64,000 nucleotides of DNA. Origin: a virus. Lineage: Duplodnaviria > Caudoviricetes. Under the pieces are notes generated by a model. The model searched no databases and had not been told where the DNA came from. It worked only from the letters and a program-made list of their open reading frames with translations. Every line of letters starts with the position of its first letter. Position 1 is the first letter of the stretch. Below are positions 30,313-39,893 of this stretch, in pieces. Location of the stretch: IMG/VR virus record IMGVR_UViG_3300019742_000001; one strand, written 5' to 3'. The translations under genes and the position numbers were made by a program.

Positions 30313-32712
30313 CTATAATGGAACAGGTCCAGTTGACTCGGATATGTTGTGTGTAAATCCAAAGAAAGTGTTTGATATCGCAACCTGACCCGCCAGTTCC
30401 GTATCAAAGTCATTGTCATCAGTATCTTCTATAACCATGATCAGTTCCCATGTAGATGTGTCATAAACATATGCTTTACCTCTATGATCATAATTACTTG
30501 TATATGCATCTGGGGAACCAATTATCGCATGTGTATCTGATATTGCAACAGATGATCCAAAATAATCTTTGTATGTACCCTGTATGTTTGTATTTTGTAT
30601 TGTCTGTACCAACAAACCAGTAACAACATCAAATATATACGCTGCTCCTGCATTATATGAATCACCAACCCCTTCTTCATAGTGAGCACCAACTATCGCA
30701 TATGTGTCTGATATATCAACAGACCACCCAAATTCATCATAATTTGGTGTGTCTTGGTCGTTTGGATTTTCAATTGAATGTAATAATGCACCTGTTTTAG
30801 TGTCATAAATGTAAACATAACCAGAAGTCAAACCTTCTCTATACGCACCAACTATTGCATAATTATCTGTTATTCCAACACTCCAACCAAAATAATCATA
30901 TTCATACCCTGAACTACCTCTTGGATCTTCAAGTGACCACAACAATGTACCAGTATTGACATCAAATATATATGCCGCCCCAACATACCAATGATTCAAC
31001 TGACTTTCTTCGTATGCACCAACGATCAAATAATTCTCTGATAACGCAACACTTGTACCAAACTCATCTGAATCACTTGTATCAAACATATTGGGATCAT
31101 CTAACGTATACAATAATTCCCCTGTTGATGGATTAAATACATATACTTTACCTGCATATGAACCATCGGCATCATCTTCCATCCACGCACCGACTGCGGC
31201 ATGTGTGTCAGTTATAGCAACACTATGACCAAATTCGTCACGATCAGGTGTGTCATATCCATTCGGGTTAATTAATGTATGTAAAGTTTCTCCTGTTTCA
31301 TTTGAGAAAATATACGCTCTACCAGAATTATATGCATCTTGATCGTCACCTTCGGCACCACTTATGGTATATAATGAAGAAACATCAATGTCTACACCAA
31401 AATAGTCAGTATCAACATCAGCAGGGTTATCAAATGTTTGCATCAACTCAAACCCCTCACTACCAGTTGTTATTGGAGCCACATCATCATGCCATCTTTC
31501 CAACACATTAAATATATTTTGTGAGTTTCCACAAAAAACACTGTAAATAATATACATTGAAGCATAAGTACCTTTACGTTTCATCAACCATATCAACTCA
31601 TCGGCATATTCTCTATAGGCATCAACAAACCATGCTGGTATAATGTCTGTCTTTGGTGCATCATACAGTGTAGGAATGTAACCAAGATATTTAGGATCAC
31701 ACTCTCTACCATCACGCAACGACCAAATATCTTTAAGTAATTGATAACCCTCTCCATATACTTGATCAAAATACGTATCTAAAAATTCAACCAAATTAGG
31801 TGTTCTGTTATTTTCAGGTAGTGCCGCCTGAACCCAATCCTTCAATCCATTAAAAACGACATGGTATCTGTTTGGGTCAGATACATTATCCTTTGGTGAA
31901 GTAAAAACTTCCCCGAAATACAAAAATCTCTTGTCTGTATTGACATAGTTTCTAACAACAAAATCGATTTCATATTCTGTCTCGTAATAATCCTCAGCAA
32001 ATTCTTTCATCCAATCGTGGAATGAACTATCCTTTCTGAAATATAATTCAACACCATTTTGGAGGATATCATCAATCTGCAAATTACCCCATTTAATAGG
32101 GCTTATATCAAATTCATAATCTTTTGTCTGGATACTAACAAACTCACTGTCATAATATGGTTCATCAGCTCCATCATCAGAATCATATACTGTAGTATCA
32201 GAACCATCCATTGTAATAGTACTAACTTCAACTAAATCAAACCTAAAGTACTTCTTTTCCTCTGGATCTTCGTATAATGGTTTTAGTCTAACAGGAACAA
32301 AACCGTATTCATCAAGTTTGGCATACATATTTACATATGATCCACCATCAACAACGATTTGACCGTAGTTATCACCACCTCTCAACAATCCAGCATGAGG
32401 CAATGATGTATCAGAATAGTACATTGATACTGGTGACCTATCCATCCAAGCATTCCACACAACATCATTACCTTCAAACTTAATAGCATCATCGGTAACA
32501 GAATCAAATTCTGTGTGTCTATCCAACGTATTTGTAAGTTGTGTACTTGTCTCTATGCTTGTCTCACCACCAACCCAAATGACATCTGTAAACGAAACTC
32601 TGGTGTACATATTTACAACATCTGGAAGTATGTACTCTGTGTCTGCTGGAGAAGTAATTACTTTCATGAAGTCTTTTAGTATAAAATAGGGAGAATCTGA
32701 AAATCTACTCAT
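30313..32712 (-). CDS. baseplate wedge subunit (gp7/tail protein I-like) fused to a 7-repeat FG-GAP propeller
   Basis: Follows gp6; LRDGRECDPKYLGYI...KRKGT motif; seven FG-GAP-like repeats at the C-terminus. Confidence 0.65.
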   Translation of the reverse strand: MSRFSDSPYFILKDFMKVITSPADTEYILPDVVNMYTRVSFTDVIWVGGETSIETSTQLTNTLDRHTEFDSVTDDAIKFEGNDVVWNAWMDRSPVSMYYSDTSLPHAGLLRGGDNYGQIVVDGGSYVNMYAKLDEYGFVPVRLKPLYEDPEEKKYFRFDLVEVSTITMDGSDTTVYDSDDGADEPYYDSEFVSIQTKDYEFDISPIKWGNLQIDDILQNGVELYFRKDSSFHDWMKEFAEDYYETEYEIDFVVRNYVNTDKRFLYFGEVFTSPKDNVSDPNRYHVVFNGLKDWVQAALPENNRTPNLVEFLDTYFDQVYGEGYQLLKDIWSLRDGRECDPKYLGYIPTLYDAPKTDIIPAWFVDAYREYADELIWLMKRKGTYASMYIIYSVFCGNSQNIFNVLERWHDDVAPITTGSEGFELMQTFDNPADVDTDYFGVDIDVSSLYTISGAEGDDQDAYNSGRAYIFSNETGETLHTLINPNGYDTPDRDEFGHSVAITDTHAAVGAWMEDDADGSYAGKVYVFNPSTGELLYTLDDPNMFDTSDSDEFGTSVALSENYLIVGAYEESQLNHWYVGAAYIFDVNTGTLLWSLEDPRGSSGYEYDYFGWSVGITDNYAIVGAYREGLTSGYVYIYDTKTGALLHSIENPNDQDTPNYDEFGWSVDISDTYAIVGAHYEEGVGDSYNAGAAYIFDVVTGLLVQTIQNTNIQGTYKDYFGSSVAISDTHAIIGSPDAYTSNYDHRGKAYVYDTSTWELIMVIEDTDDNDFDTELAGQVAISNTFFGFTHNISESTGPVPL

Positions 32713-32715
32713 ATA

Positions 32716-34983
32716 TTATCCTTCGTTAGTGAATGTACAGAAGTCCGAAGCCAACTGTGGAAATTGATTGTACCCTAACGCTATTGGTTGTAATGTATTA
32801 TACGTTGTATCTATTGTATTCTTTCCGTATCCAGTGTTTTCGTAATGTGGGAAATATCCCGCCACGTTCTCTGGATATATATACATTTCATCTGGTACGA
32901 TAGAACATGTCTCATCCCAAGTACCACCAAAATATACACATCTTGACTCGGTGTCTATAGTTTCCAGTGTAGATGGGTCACGGTAAATTAGAATATCTCT
33001 AATGACCAAACTTGAAATACCTCTAATCATATCAAAATTGTCTGTAGATGAAACATTATTAGTATCCATTATATAATTGTAAACATCCCTAAAGTCAATA
33101 GTTTCACCAAATGACCTGTTACTGTTCTGGAAGTAGTATATTAATTTATTCTTCACAACTTCTTTGACTTTTACAAAACTATAAGTTCTGTTTACCCTCA
33201 AACCGATATCAAATCGGAAGTAGATTAATTCAGGTAAAACAAACTCCTCCCATATACCCAACATCTTACGTGGCTCTAAATATTCCAAAATCTGTGACTG
33301 CCATAACGGATTATATACTGAACTACCCACCGTTTCAACCCAAGCACCAACCTTAACGGTAACACCACCAGTATCACCACCAACCCATTCAACCATATCA
33401 CCAGTAACCCACAGGTAATCTCCTACCAAATACCCACTACCACCTTCTGATACGGCTGTTATTTCTGCGTTACCATTTAAAACCACAACTTGTACTGTAC
33501 ACCCAACACCCAAACCATCTGTTACCGTAACAACATTGTCATAGGTTCCATCAATCAGAGTATCCAGACCGGTTTTGGCGAATGATTTATCCCCAAAAGT
33601 TTCTACATCAGTGTCGTAGGTTTCTATTGGATACTCCAAAGTTTTTAATGTTGTTGTTAGGTTACCACTGAAATCATCACTAACATCAACATCAACCAAG
33701 TTGATATTTCCACTAACACCAGTATCCCATTCCGTGGGTATCAATGCAACATATGCCCTATTGTAATATATAGAGTTTACATCATCATAATTTTGTTCGT
33801 GTTCACCCCATACATTAGCAACGGTTATATCACCTCTCGACTCAAGGTTTCCTTTGTAATCTTTTTTTGTAACATTTCTAAGTTGTGAGTGTGAGTATGA
33901 TTGACCAGCCTCTTTCAGTTCACTTAGTACCTGTGCGTTTGATCCACCAACAGAAGCATTATAATTAACAACAGTATATCTATCCTCTGGTATCACTGTT
34001 GGTTCCGCAGTAGAAATATTTGACAAGAATGCAACATCATCTACTCCCAATATGGTGTCAACTACTGGTTTATTTGAATCACCGAAAACAAGTTTTGCCA
34101 CTTTTCCATTCAAACCCAAAGTTTTTATTGGATATATCTTTATAACCTCATCATCTGTTGGGACATTTCTATTTGAAGAAAATGAAATAACTGTTCTCTT
34201 ATACTTGTCATAATATAATACATACACATTCTCTTCGTCACCACTAAGACCTGAAATGTCATCAAAGAAGTCTGATATTCTTATCCATGCAGTTTCTTCT
34301 GACCCGACAGTAACCAATAATGAATCAAGGGTGTCTTCGTATGGATAAACACCCATATCATAGTCAACCAATGGTAATACGATCTGGTTTGAAATCACAT
34401 CCTCACCTGTATACGTCAATGGTTCTTGTAATGGAACACCTTGTTTCATTACAATATCAAATTCAACATACTCATATGTAGTCTCAAGTTCTTCGTCATA
34501 GTCTGTGCGGAGATTTGTATCAGTGACATCATATATAAAATCTTCTGGTAAACAGTAATATATACTGTTTCCGTCATCATCAGATAGACCGGTATTAATT
34601 TTAAACCATTTCGGTATATATAGTTGACTTCCTTGTTCAAAATATCCTATAGTTTGATCATCATTTCTTCTTCTCACCCTCACAGTCAACGTAACCTCCG
34701 ATGACACAAGACCAGAAGGAACATATCCTTGTTGTCTTGTAAGTGAATGAACAACCTCATATATATTAGCTGTTTCTAAATGAATATTTTGCGCCAATCT
34801 ATTTGTGTAATATGTATTAAGATCTCCTACATATGACAACAATTCCATCAACAATGTAATGTTCGCACCTTCAAAATCATAATCCTTGAACGTGGCTGTT
34901 TTACTAAGAATAGATTTCAATCTGGTAACCAGTGTTTCAAAATCGGCTTCTGTATATTTTGGTACTAATCCAAAGTCACTCAT
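32716..34983 (-). CDS. 6: baseplate wedge subunit gp6 (baseplate J-like)
   Basis: DFETLV, FKDYDFEGANI.LLMELLSY, RNVTKKDY. Confidence 0.9.
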   Translation of the reverse strand: MSDFGLVPKYTEADFETLVTRLKSILSKTATFKDYDFEGANITLLMELLSYVGDLNTYYTNRLAQNIHLETANIYEVVHSLTRQQGYVPSGLVSSEVTLTVRVRRRNDDQTIGYFEQGSQLYIPKWFKINTGLSDDDGNSIYYCLPEDFIYDVTDTNLRTDYDEELETTYEYVEFDIVMKQGVPLQEPLTYTGEDVISNQIVLPLVDYDMGVYPYEDTLDSLLVTVGSEETAWIRISDFFDDISGLSGDEENVYVLYYDKYKRTVISFSSNRNVPTDDEVIKIYPIKTLGLNGKVAKLVFGDSNKPVVDTILGVDDVAFLSNISTAEPTVIPEDRYTVVNYNASVGGSNAQVLSELKEAGQSYSHSQLRNVTKKDYKGNLESRGDITVANVWGEHEQNYDDVNSIYYNRAYVALIPTEWDTGVSGNINLVDVDVSDDFSGNLTTTLKTLEYPIETYDTDVETFGDKSFAKTGLDTLIDGTYDNVVTVTDGLGVGCTVQVVVLNGNAEITAVSEGGSGYLVGDYLWVTGDMVEWVGGDTGGVTVKVGAWVETVGSSVYNPLWQSQILEYLEPRKMLGIWEEFVLPELIYFRFDIGLRVNRTYSFVKVKEVVKNKLIYYFQNSNRSFGETIDFRDVYNYIMDTNNVSSTDNFDMIRGISSLVIRDILIYRDPSTLETIDTESRCVYFGGTWDETCSIVPDEMYIYPENVAGYFPHYENTGYGKNTIDTTYNTLQPIALGYNQFPQLASDFCTFTNEG

Positions 34984-34985
34984 AA

Positions 34986-35375
34986 TTATTTCGCCCTTAT
35001 AATGTTAGTTATTGTTTGTAGACTATCAGCATTACCTGTATTACCGACATAGTAGTTCAAATTCACTTCATACGAATTGTTATCTTCGTCGGCAACAACT
35101 TCCAGACCTTCTATGATTATACGTGTTTCCCATCGTTCTATTGCAGACCAAATCATTTCCGCCAATCTACCAGCAGTATATTCGTCAATAGGTTCAAATA
35201 ATAAATTGTATATCGGGAGAGCAAATTCAGGTTTCATTCTCCTACTTCCCTGCATTGTTTGGAAGATGTTGGTCAGTGAATTAACGATTGCATTATTGTT
35301 TGTCATATCAACAACGTCGCCATTATTTTTCTTTTCTAATTTTATATCTATATCTTTCCAGTAAGTTGTTGTCAT
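34986..35375 (-). CDS. 25: baseplate wedge subunit gp25
   Basis: WKDIDIKL, AIVNSLTNIF.T..GSR.M.PEF, AIERWETRI. Confidence 0.9.
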   Translation of the reverse strand: MTTTYWKDIDIKLEKKNNGDVVDMTNNNAIVNSLTNIFQTMQGSRRMKPEFALPIYNLLFEPIDEYTAGRLAEMIWSAIERWETRIIIEGLEVVADEDNNSYEVNLNYYVGNTGNADSLQTITNIIRAK

Positions 35376-35396
35376 TTAATACCTCTACTATATTTA

Positions 35397-36194
35397 TTAA
35401 AAAAATGATGGTGGTGTAGGTGTTTTCGGAATAGAATCTTTAGCTGTCTGTTTTAACGCTGATATTTTTGACGATGCCGCTGATTTCACCGCATCTGACA
35501 TCTCATTACTCTTCTTTGTCATAACCGCCAACCCATCAGACATCGAATCCGTAAACGATGTGTCTATCCCAGCGTCACTTGCTTTTGATGCCAAATCAGA
35601 TTTCATATTACTATAAAAAGTTTCATCATCAAGTTTACCTGAACTATCCAACCCTAATTCTGAGGTCAATGACGATATCTCACTCTGAACCGAAGATATC
35701 ATTGACGAATCACTCAAACAACCCAATGATGAATTTATATCAGATATCAATCCATCCAATCCCAATGATCCTAAAAATGACCCTATCTGACTATATATAC
35801 CTGATATATCAAACATTTGTGATGGCATACCAGCCAGATCAGAAAACCCACTTAATATATCATCAACCATCCCAAGACCATTATCTGACAAACTTTTTAT
35901 TGACCCAATCGCACCACCAAAACATCCTCCTGTGATATCATCAATATCATCAAGAACTGCCAATTTGGTTGATAACTGAGAATCAAAATCTCCTGCAATA
36001 TCTTCCAAGTCACTCACTGATGGGACATCTGGTAAATTATTATTATCTAATGTCTCCAATATACCATCAATACTACTCGTTTTCTCATTAATTAATCTCT
36101 TTGCGTCACGAACCTTTGACAACTGTGACGCTATACTATTACTTACCCCAGCATCTAAACTCGTAGCACTCTTGACAAATGTCGGTAAAGCCAT
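35397..36194 (-). CDS. hypothetical Ser/Asp/Gly-rich protein between PAAR and gp25
   Basis: 265-aa ORF, no recognisable family. Confidence 0.6.
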   Translation of the reverse strand: MALPTFVKSATSLDAGVSNSIASQLSKVRDAKRLINEKTSSIDGILETLDNNNLPDVPSVSDLEDIAGDFDSQLSTKLAVLDDIDDITGGCFGGAIGSIKSLSDNGLGMVDDILSGFSDLAGMPSQMFDISGIYSQIGSFLGSLGLDGLISDINSSLGCLSDSSMISSVQSEISSLTSELGLDSSGKLDDETFYSNMKSDLASKASDAGIDTSFTDSMSDGLAVMTKKSNEMSDAVKSAASSKISALKQTAKDSIPKTPTPPSFF

Positions 36195-36196
36195 TA

Positions 36197-36490
36197 CTAA
36201 CCTCCTGCGAATACATCACCTGATCCTGTGTCAACGGTTGAACCACAAGATATAGGATCTCCAATACGACCTAATTGTTTTCCGTTTGCAAATACTGTCC
36301 CAGAACCAGCAAGTAATGTAGCTCCGTGTGGTGAAGAACCGGGACATGCGTGTGGTTCCCATGCATCATTCTCTCTATGAACTGGTATCCCATTAGCATA
36401 TACATCACCAGAACCCTCTGACGATGGTCTTGGAGGGGCACCACATGGATCACCTGTACTATAATCACCTAATCTTGTTACTGCGGGCAT
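36197..36490 (-). CDS. 5.4: PAAR spike-tip protein (gp5.4-like)
   Basis: MPAVTRLGD...ANGIPVHRENDAW..H...H...GKQLGRIGDPISCG; GGGAGGGAG RBS. Confidence 0.92.
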   Translation of the reverse strand: MPAVTRLGDYSTGDPCGAPPRPSSEGSGDVYANGIPVHRENDAWEPHACPGSSPHGATLLAGSGTVFANGKQLGRIGDPISCGSTVDTGSGDVFAGG

Positions 36491-36504
36491 ACTCCCTCCC
36501 AATA

Positions 36505-37506
36505 TTAATTAAGATCAATCTGTGCTCCTGTTATTTTAACATTCCCACCAGCAGTGATTGTGATATTACCTGTTACTGATATATCCCAATCACCACCAAC
36601 AGTCTGTGTCTTATCTCCAACTATAGACTGTGTTTCATTGGCACCAACATCTTCTGTTAAATTATTACCAACAGTTATCTTTTGGTCACCATCTATTTTG
36701 TTTGTCTCATCACCTTTGACATAAGATTTCTTATCGACATCAACAGTCTCACTATCGTCACCGAAAATGTGTTTGTTTCTGTCACCTTTAGTTATCTCAA
36801 ATCTATTACCTTCGTTTCTAAAAACAACATTGCCATCAGCATCAATCTCTATGTATGTGTTTGATGGATGAAATATATGTACTCGTTCTGATCCCGTAGT
36901 ACTGTCAATCTCAACCGTTATTCCTCTGTGGGTAGTCAGAACAATATTTTTTGGATACTCTGCAGCAAACGCGGATTCTGGTTCATCCCACGTTTCATCA
37001 TCAGACTGAACGACACCCAAATCAAGATTGTCATTCTTGTGATCAACTATTGTCCCATCAGATATACCTCTGGATAATCTGTGATAATCAGACTCACCTA
37101 ATCTATCACTTCTTGGATAATCTCCATCAGGATCATTAAACCCCTTAGTTGGATCTGATTCCTCTATTGGTAGACCCGGAACTGTAGCGAAATACCTCAA
37201 TGACTCCCAATTTCCACCCTCAAAGAAACAAAAGACATGTGACCCTTGTAACGGTACAGAAAACAAACCATGACCACTCATAGACCCTTCTATGAGTCCG
37301 AGTGCTGGTTCCCCCCACGGTAGGTTGTCGGTTGAAATACCTTCCTGTTGACCTTCTTCTTTTAATTCGTCATGGACACCCCACACCCGTATCTTACACC
37401 TACCCAACTGATCAGGATCATTGTTATTTTCTATTACACCTCTGTAAATAGCACCAAACTTTGATGTACTTGGTTCAAGGTGTCTCATATCTGTTCTTGT
37501 CGCCAT
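36505..37506 (-). CDS. 5: baseplate central spike gp5 (OB-fold plus beta-helix, no lysozyme domain)
   Basis: NNDPDQLGRCKIRVWGVH, LPWGEP, PLQGSHV; C-terminal beta-helix repeats. Confidence 0.9.
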   Translation of the reverse strand: MATRTDMRHLEPSTSKFGAIYRGVIENNNDPDQLGRCKIRVWGVHDELKEEGQQEGISTDNLPWGEPALGLIEGSMSGHGLFSVPLQGSHVFCFFEGGNWESLRYFATVPGLPIEESDPTKGFNDPDGDYPRSDRLGESDYHRLSRGISDGTIVDHKNDNLDLGVVQSDDETWDEPESAFAAEYPKNIVLTTHRGITVEIDSTTGSERVHIFHPSNTYIEIDADGNVVFRNEGNRFEITKGDRNKHIFGDDSETVDVDKKSYVKGDETNKIDGDQKITVGNNLTEDVGANETQSIVGDKTQTVGGDWDISVTGNITITAGGNVKITGAQIDLN

Positions 37507-37515
37507 CGTTTATCC

Positions 37516-38775
37516 TTATATGTTAGTTTTTTTGGATTTAACTAATGTTTTGTTTGACGAATCACTGTAACCATTCTTAATACAAACCAATTTCTGTTTA
37601 TATCCACCAGCCACATCATTACTAAGATAATGTGTCACTGATTTTACCAAATACTTACCATCCATTTGTTTATTCTGGACCTCTTTGACCTCGTTTTTAC
37701 TAGGCCACAAAACTCGTATCAAACCACCAGCACATCTTCTCTCATGTCCCTGTACTGTTATTTCAAGTAATTGTTGTTGACAATACTCTTTTATCCAGTT
37801 ACCATACCATATATTATCTAAAATGTCTTCATTAGAATCACCATCAACTTGTTTTTGTGGTCTTTCTACAACCAATGACTCAGAAAATAAAGTCTTCTTC
37901 CCTAGAATAGTGAATCTATCTATAGCATCAGTATAAGTATAATCTCTCCGCAAAAGTTTCTTACGTTTGATATCATATCCCAACAAGGTACCACCAACTA
38001 ACGACTTTAATGCAGTAAAATCAACGTGTTGTATACTAAAATCTTGAATCTTATTGATATAAATCGGATTTTGTTGGTCAAACCCATATACATTATCATC
38101 ACCTATCGGTTTCATATAATTTGTCTGTGACAACAAAGACTCTAATGTTGTAAACGCATACTTGAAATCCTTCTTATCCCCATACCTATAGAACAAATAC
38201 CCTGATTGTCCTGACTTTAACCCACTCGCTCTATTCATCAACCATACAATACTCTCAGATGGTGTCTTTAAATGAGTATCAAAATGTTCTATAGACTCTT
38301 TTGATTGTTCAAAATTCTCTATCTTGTCTATACCCAAGTGGTTCTCGGCAATGTCTTTTACTATTGTTGATATCTTTTTGTTTGACCATGCCTTACACCA
38401 CTTACTTGAATGGAATTGTTGGAAATGTTCATCCACCAACATTAACTCAATTTTAACATCACCATGCATCTTAGATTTCGCCTCTGGTGTTACTTTGTTG
38501 ATCTTGTATATCTTCATATCAATAGTTCTGTAGTCACCAGAACCAGCAGTGTTACCAAATGTTATTCTGAACGTTTCGTTTCCGTTGATAACACCGAATT
38601 CCATTAGACCTATCCGATCCCAAAAACTTATCTTTCCTGTTATTGACAACGAAAATATATCCTCTATTAGATATACATATTCTACAGCAGACCCTTTCAG
38701 TAGGATTGTATCCTCACTGTCTGTTATTATTTCAACAGAAAAAACCTCTGTACCTAATTGACCACCCAAACTCAT
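37516..38775 (-). CDS. baseplate hub protein (gp27/VgrG-N-like)
   Basis: Position before gp5; EDIFS..I.G.I...D, GKYLVKSVTH. Confidence 0.75.
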   Translation of the reverse strand: MSLGGQLGTEVFSVEIITDSEDTILLKGSAVEYVYLIEDIFSLSITGKISFWDRIGLMEFGVINGNETFRITFGNTAGSGDYRTIDMKIYKINKVTPEAKSKMHGDVKIELMLVDEHFQQFHSSKWCKAWSNKKISTIVKDIAENHLGIDKIENFEQSKESIEHFDTHLKTPSESIVWLMNRASGLKSGQSGYLFYRYGDKKDFKYAFTTLESLLSQTNYMKPIGDDNVYGFDQQNPIYINKIQDFSIQHVDFTALKSLVGGTLLGYDIKRKKLLRRDYTYTDAIDRFTILGKKTLFSESLVVERPQKQVDGDSNEDILDNIWYGNWIKEYCQQQLLEITVQGHERRCAGGLIRVLWPSKNEVKEVQNKQMDGKYLVKSVTHYLSNDVAGGYKQKLVCIKNGYSDSSNKTLVKSKKTNI

Positions 38776-39143
38776 TATAAACCCTCAATTTTAGAAATAT
38801 CATCAAATATTGTATAAATATTGTTGTATTTTAATATACGCAAAACATTACCCTCTTCCAATTCTTCATATGGATTTGTTATCCCATTAAATAAAGCAAC
38901 AACCCACCATAAAAATGGCGTACTATAAAATCTATATGATATATCATCCAACCAATCATCATTTTGTACCATATAATAATCAAACATTATTTCATTGTTA
39001 TATACATCATCGTCAACAACATAGGAACGAAATACGTTCAAGAACACTTCTCTTGTGTCACTATCTTGTAATACAGGATATAACCGTAAACTTGATGATA
39101 CAGGTAAATCCCTATCATAATCAGATAAACTTAATATTGACAT
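38775..39143 (-). CDS. 53: baseplate wedge gp53 (LysM-like)
   Basis: YYMVQNDDWLDDISYRFYSTPFLWWVVALFNGI.NP. Confidence 0.85.
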   Translation of the reverse strand: MSILSLSDYDRDLPVSSSLRLYPVLQDSDTREVFLNVFRSYVVDDDVYNNEIMFDYYMVQNDDWLDDISYRFYSTPFLWWVVALFNGITNPYEELEEGNVLRILKYNNIYTIFDDISKIEGL

Positions 39144-39146
39144 TTA

Positions 39147-39893
39147 CTACCCCCTGCTCGTTGTTGTAGATTTTCTGGTACTCGTTGTCATTTTTTTATT
39201 CTTTTCTGCACTTAAAGTTGATCTGTACAAAGGATTAGCGTCAATAAAATTAATGTCAACCGTAGCCTTTGATGGGTAACCATCAATCCAAGGTCCGTAA
39301 TAAGTTGGGGCGACTGATTGAATAGCAACAGTTTTAACACTTATGATATCAACAGAGTTTCCATCACCTGTGTATGTCTGCAACCTAAAAACATACGGAT
39401 AACTAAACTGTGTACTTCCTGTCATAATTTCAGGACAAGAATATTCAACCAACTTCTGAACTGGAACGTATACATCGTTGTAAGTATCTTGATATACAAC
39501 AAAATCCAATTGAACCTTAAATGCTCGTCTGGTTGAGTTTGTATACAAAATAGGATTATCTGCCTTGTGTCCATCGGTTATAGATACTCCACCCTCACCC
39601 AACAATGAATTGTACTGACTCCCAACCTTAGCCTTTATCTCTTTGAATGCACCTGAAATAGACGACAAGTCTTCCCATGTGTGATCTATATTATAACTCC
39701 ATTCGGTTGGCATCAAAAACCACATAGGACTTTCACCTTTTAACTCGTTTCCGTTAAATGCATCCACCCTTGACCTGATGTTTTCTAAGTTTAGTGCCCG
39801 TGGAATGACCTGTAACCAAAGAGTATCCTTTGATTCAGCCCTTTCTCTATCTATACCGTTTGGATAAAACTGTCCACCAAAATTATTTGCCAT
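39147..39893 (-). CDS. baseplate tail-tube initiator/cap (gp48/gp54-like)
   Basis: Tube-fold-like motifs (YPYVFRL, P.KATVDINF); synteny; start trimmed to MANNF. Confidence 0.55.
   Translation of the reverse strand: MANNFGGQFYPNGIDRERAESKDTLWLQVIPRALNLENIRSRVDAFNGNELKGESPMWFLMPTEWSYNIDHTWEDLSSISGAFKEIKAKVGSQYNSLLGEGGVSITDGHKADNPILYTNSTRRAFKVQLDFVVYQDTYNDVYVPVQKLVEYSCPEIMTGSTQFSYPYVFRLQTYTGDGNSVDIISVKTVAIQSVAPTYYGPWIDGYPSKATVDINFIDANPLYRSTLSAEKNKKMTTSTRKSTTTSRG

Noticed and set aside
30280-30315. Stop read-through or frameshift joining the 799-aa and 577-aa ORFs
   Set aside because: All three frames contain stops in the gap, and the downstream ORF has its own GGGAGA RBS
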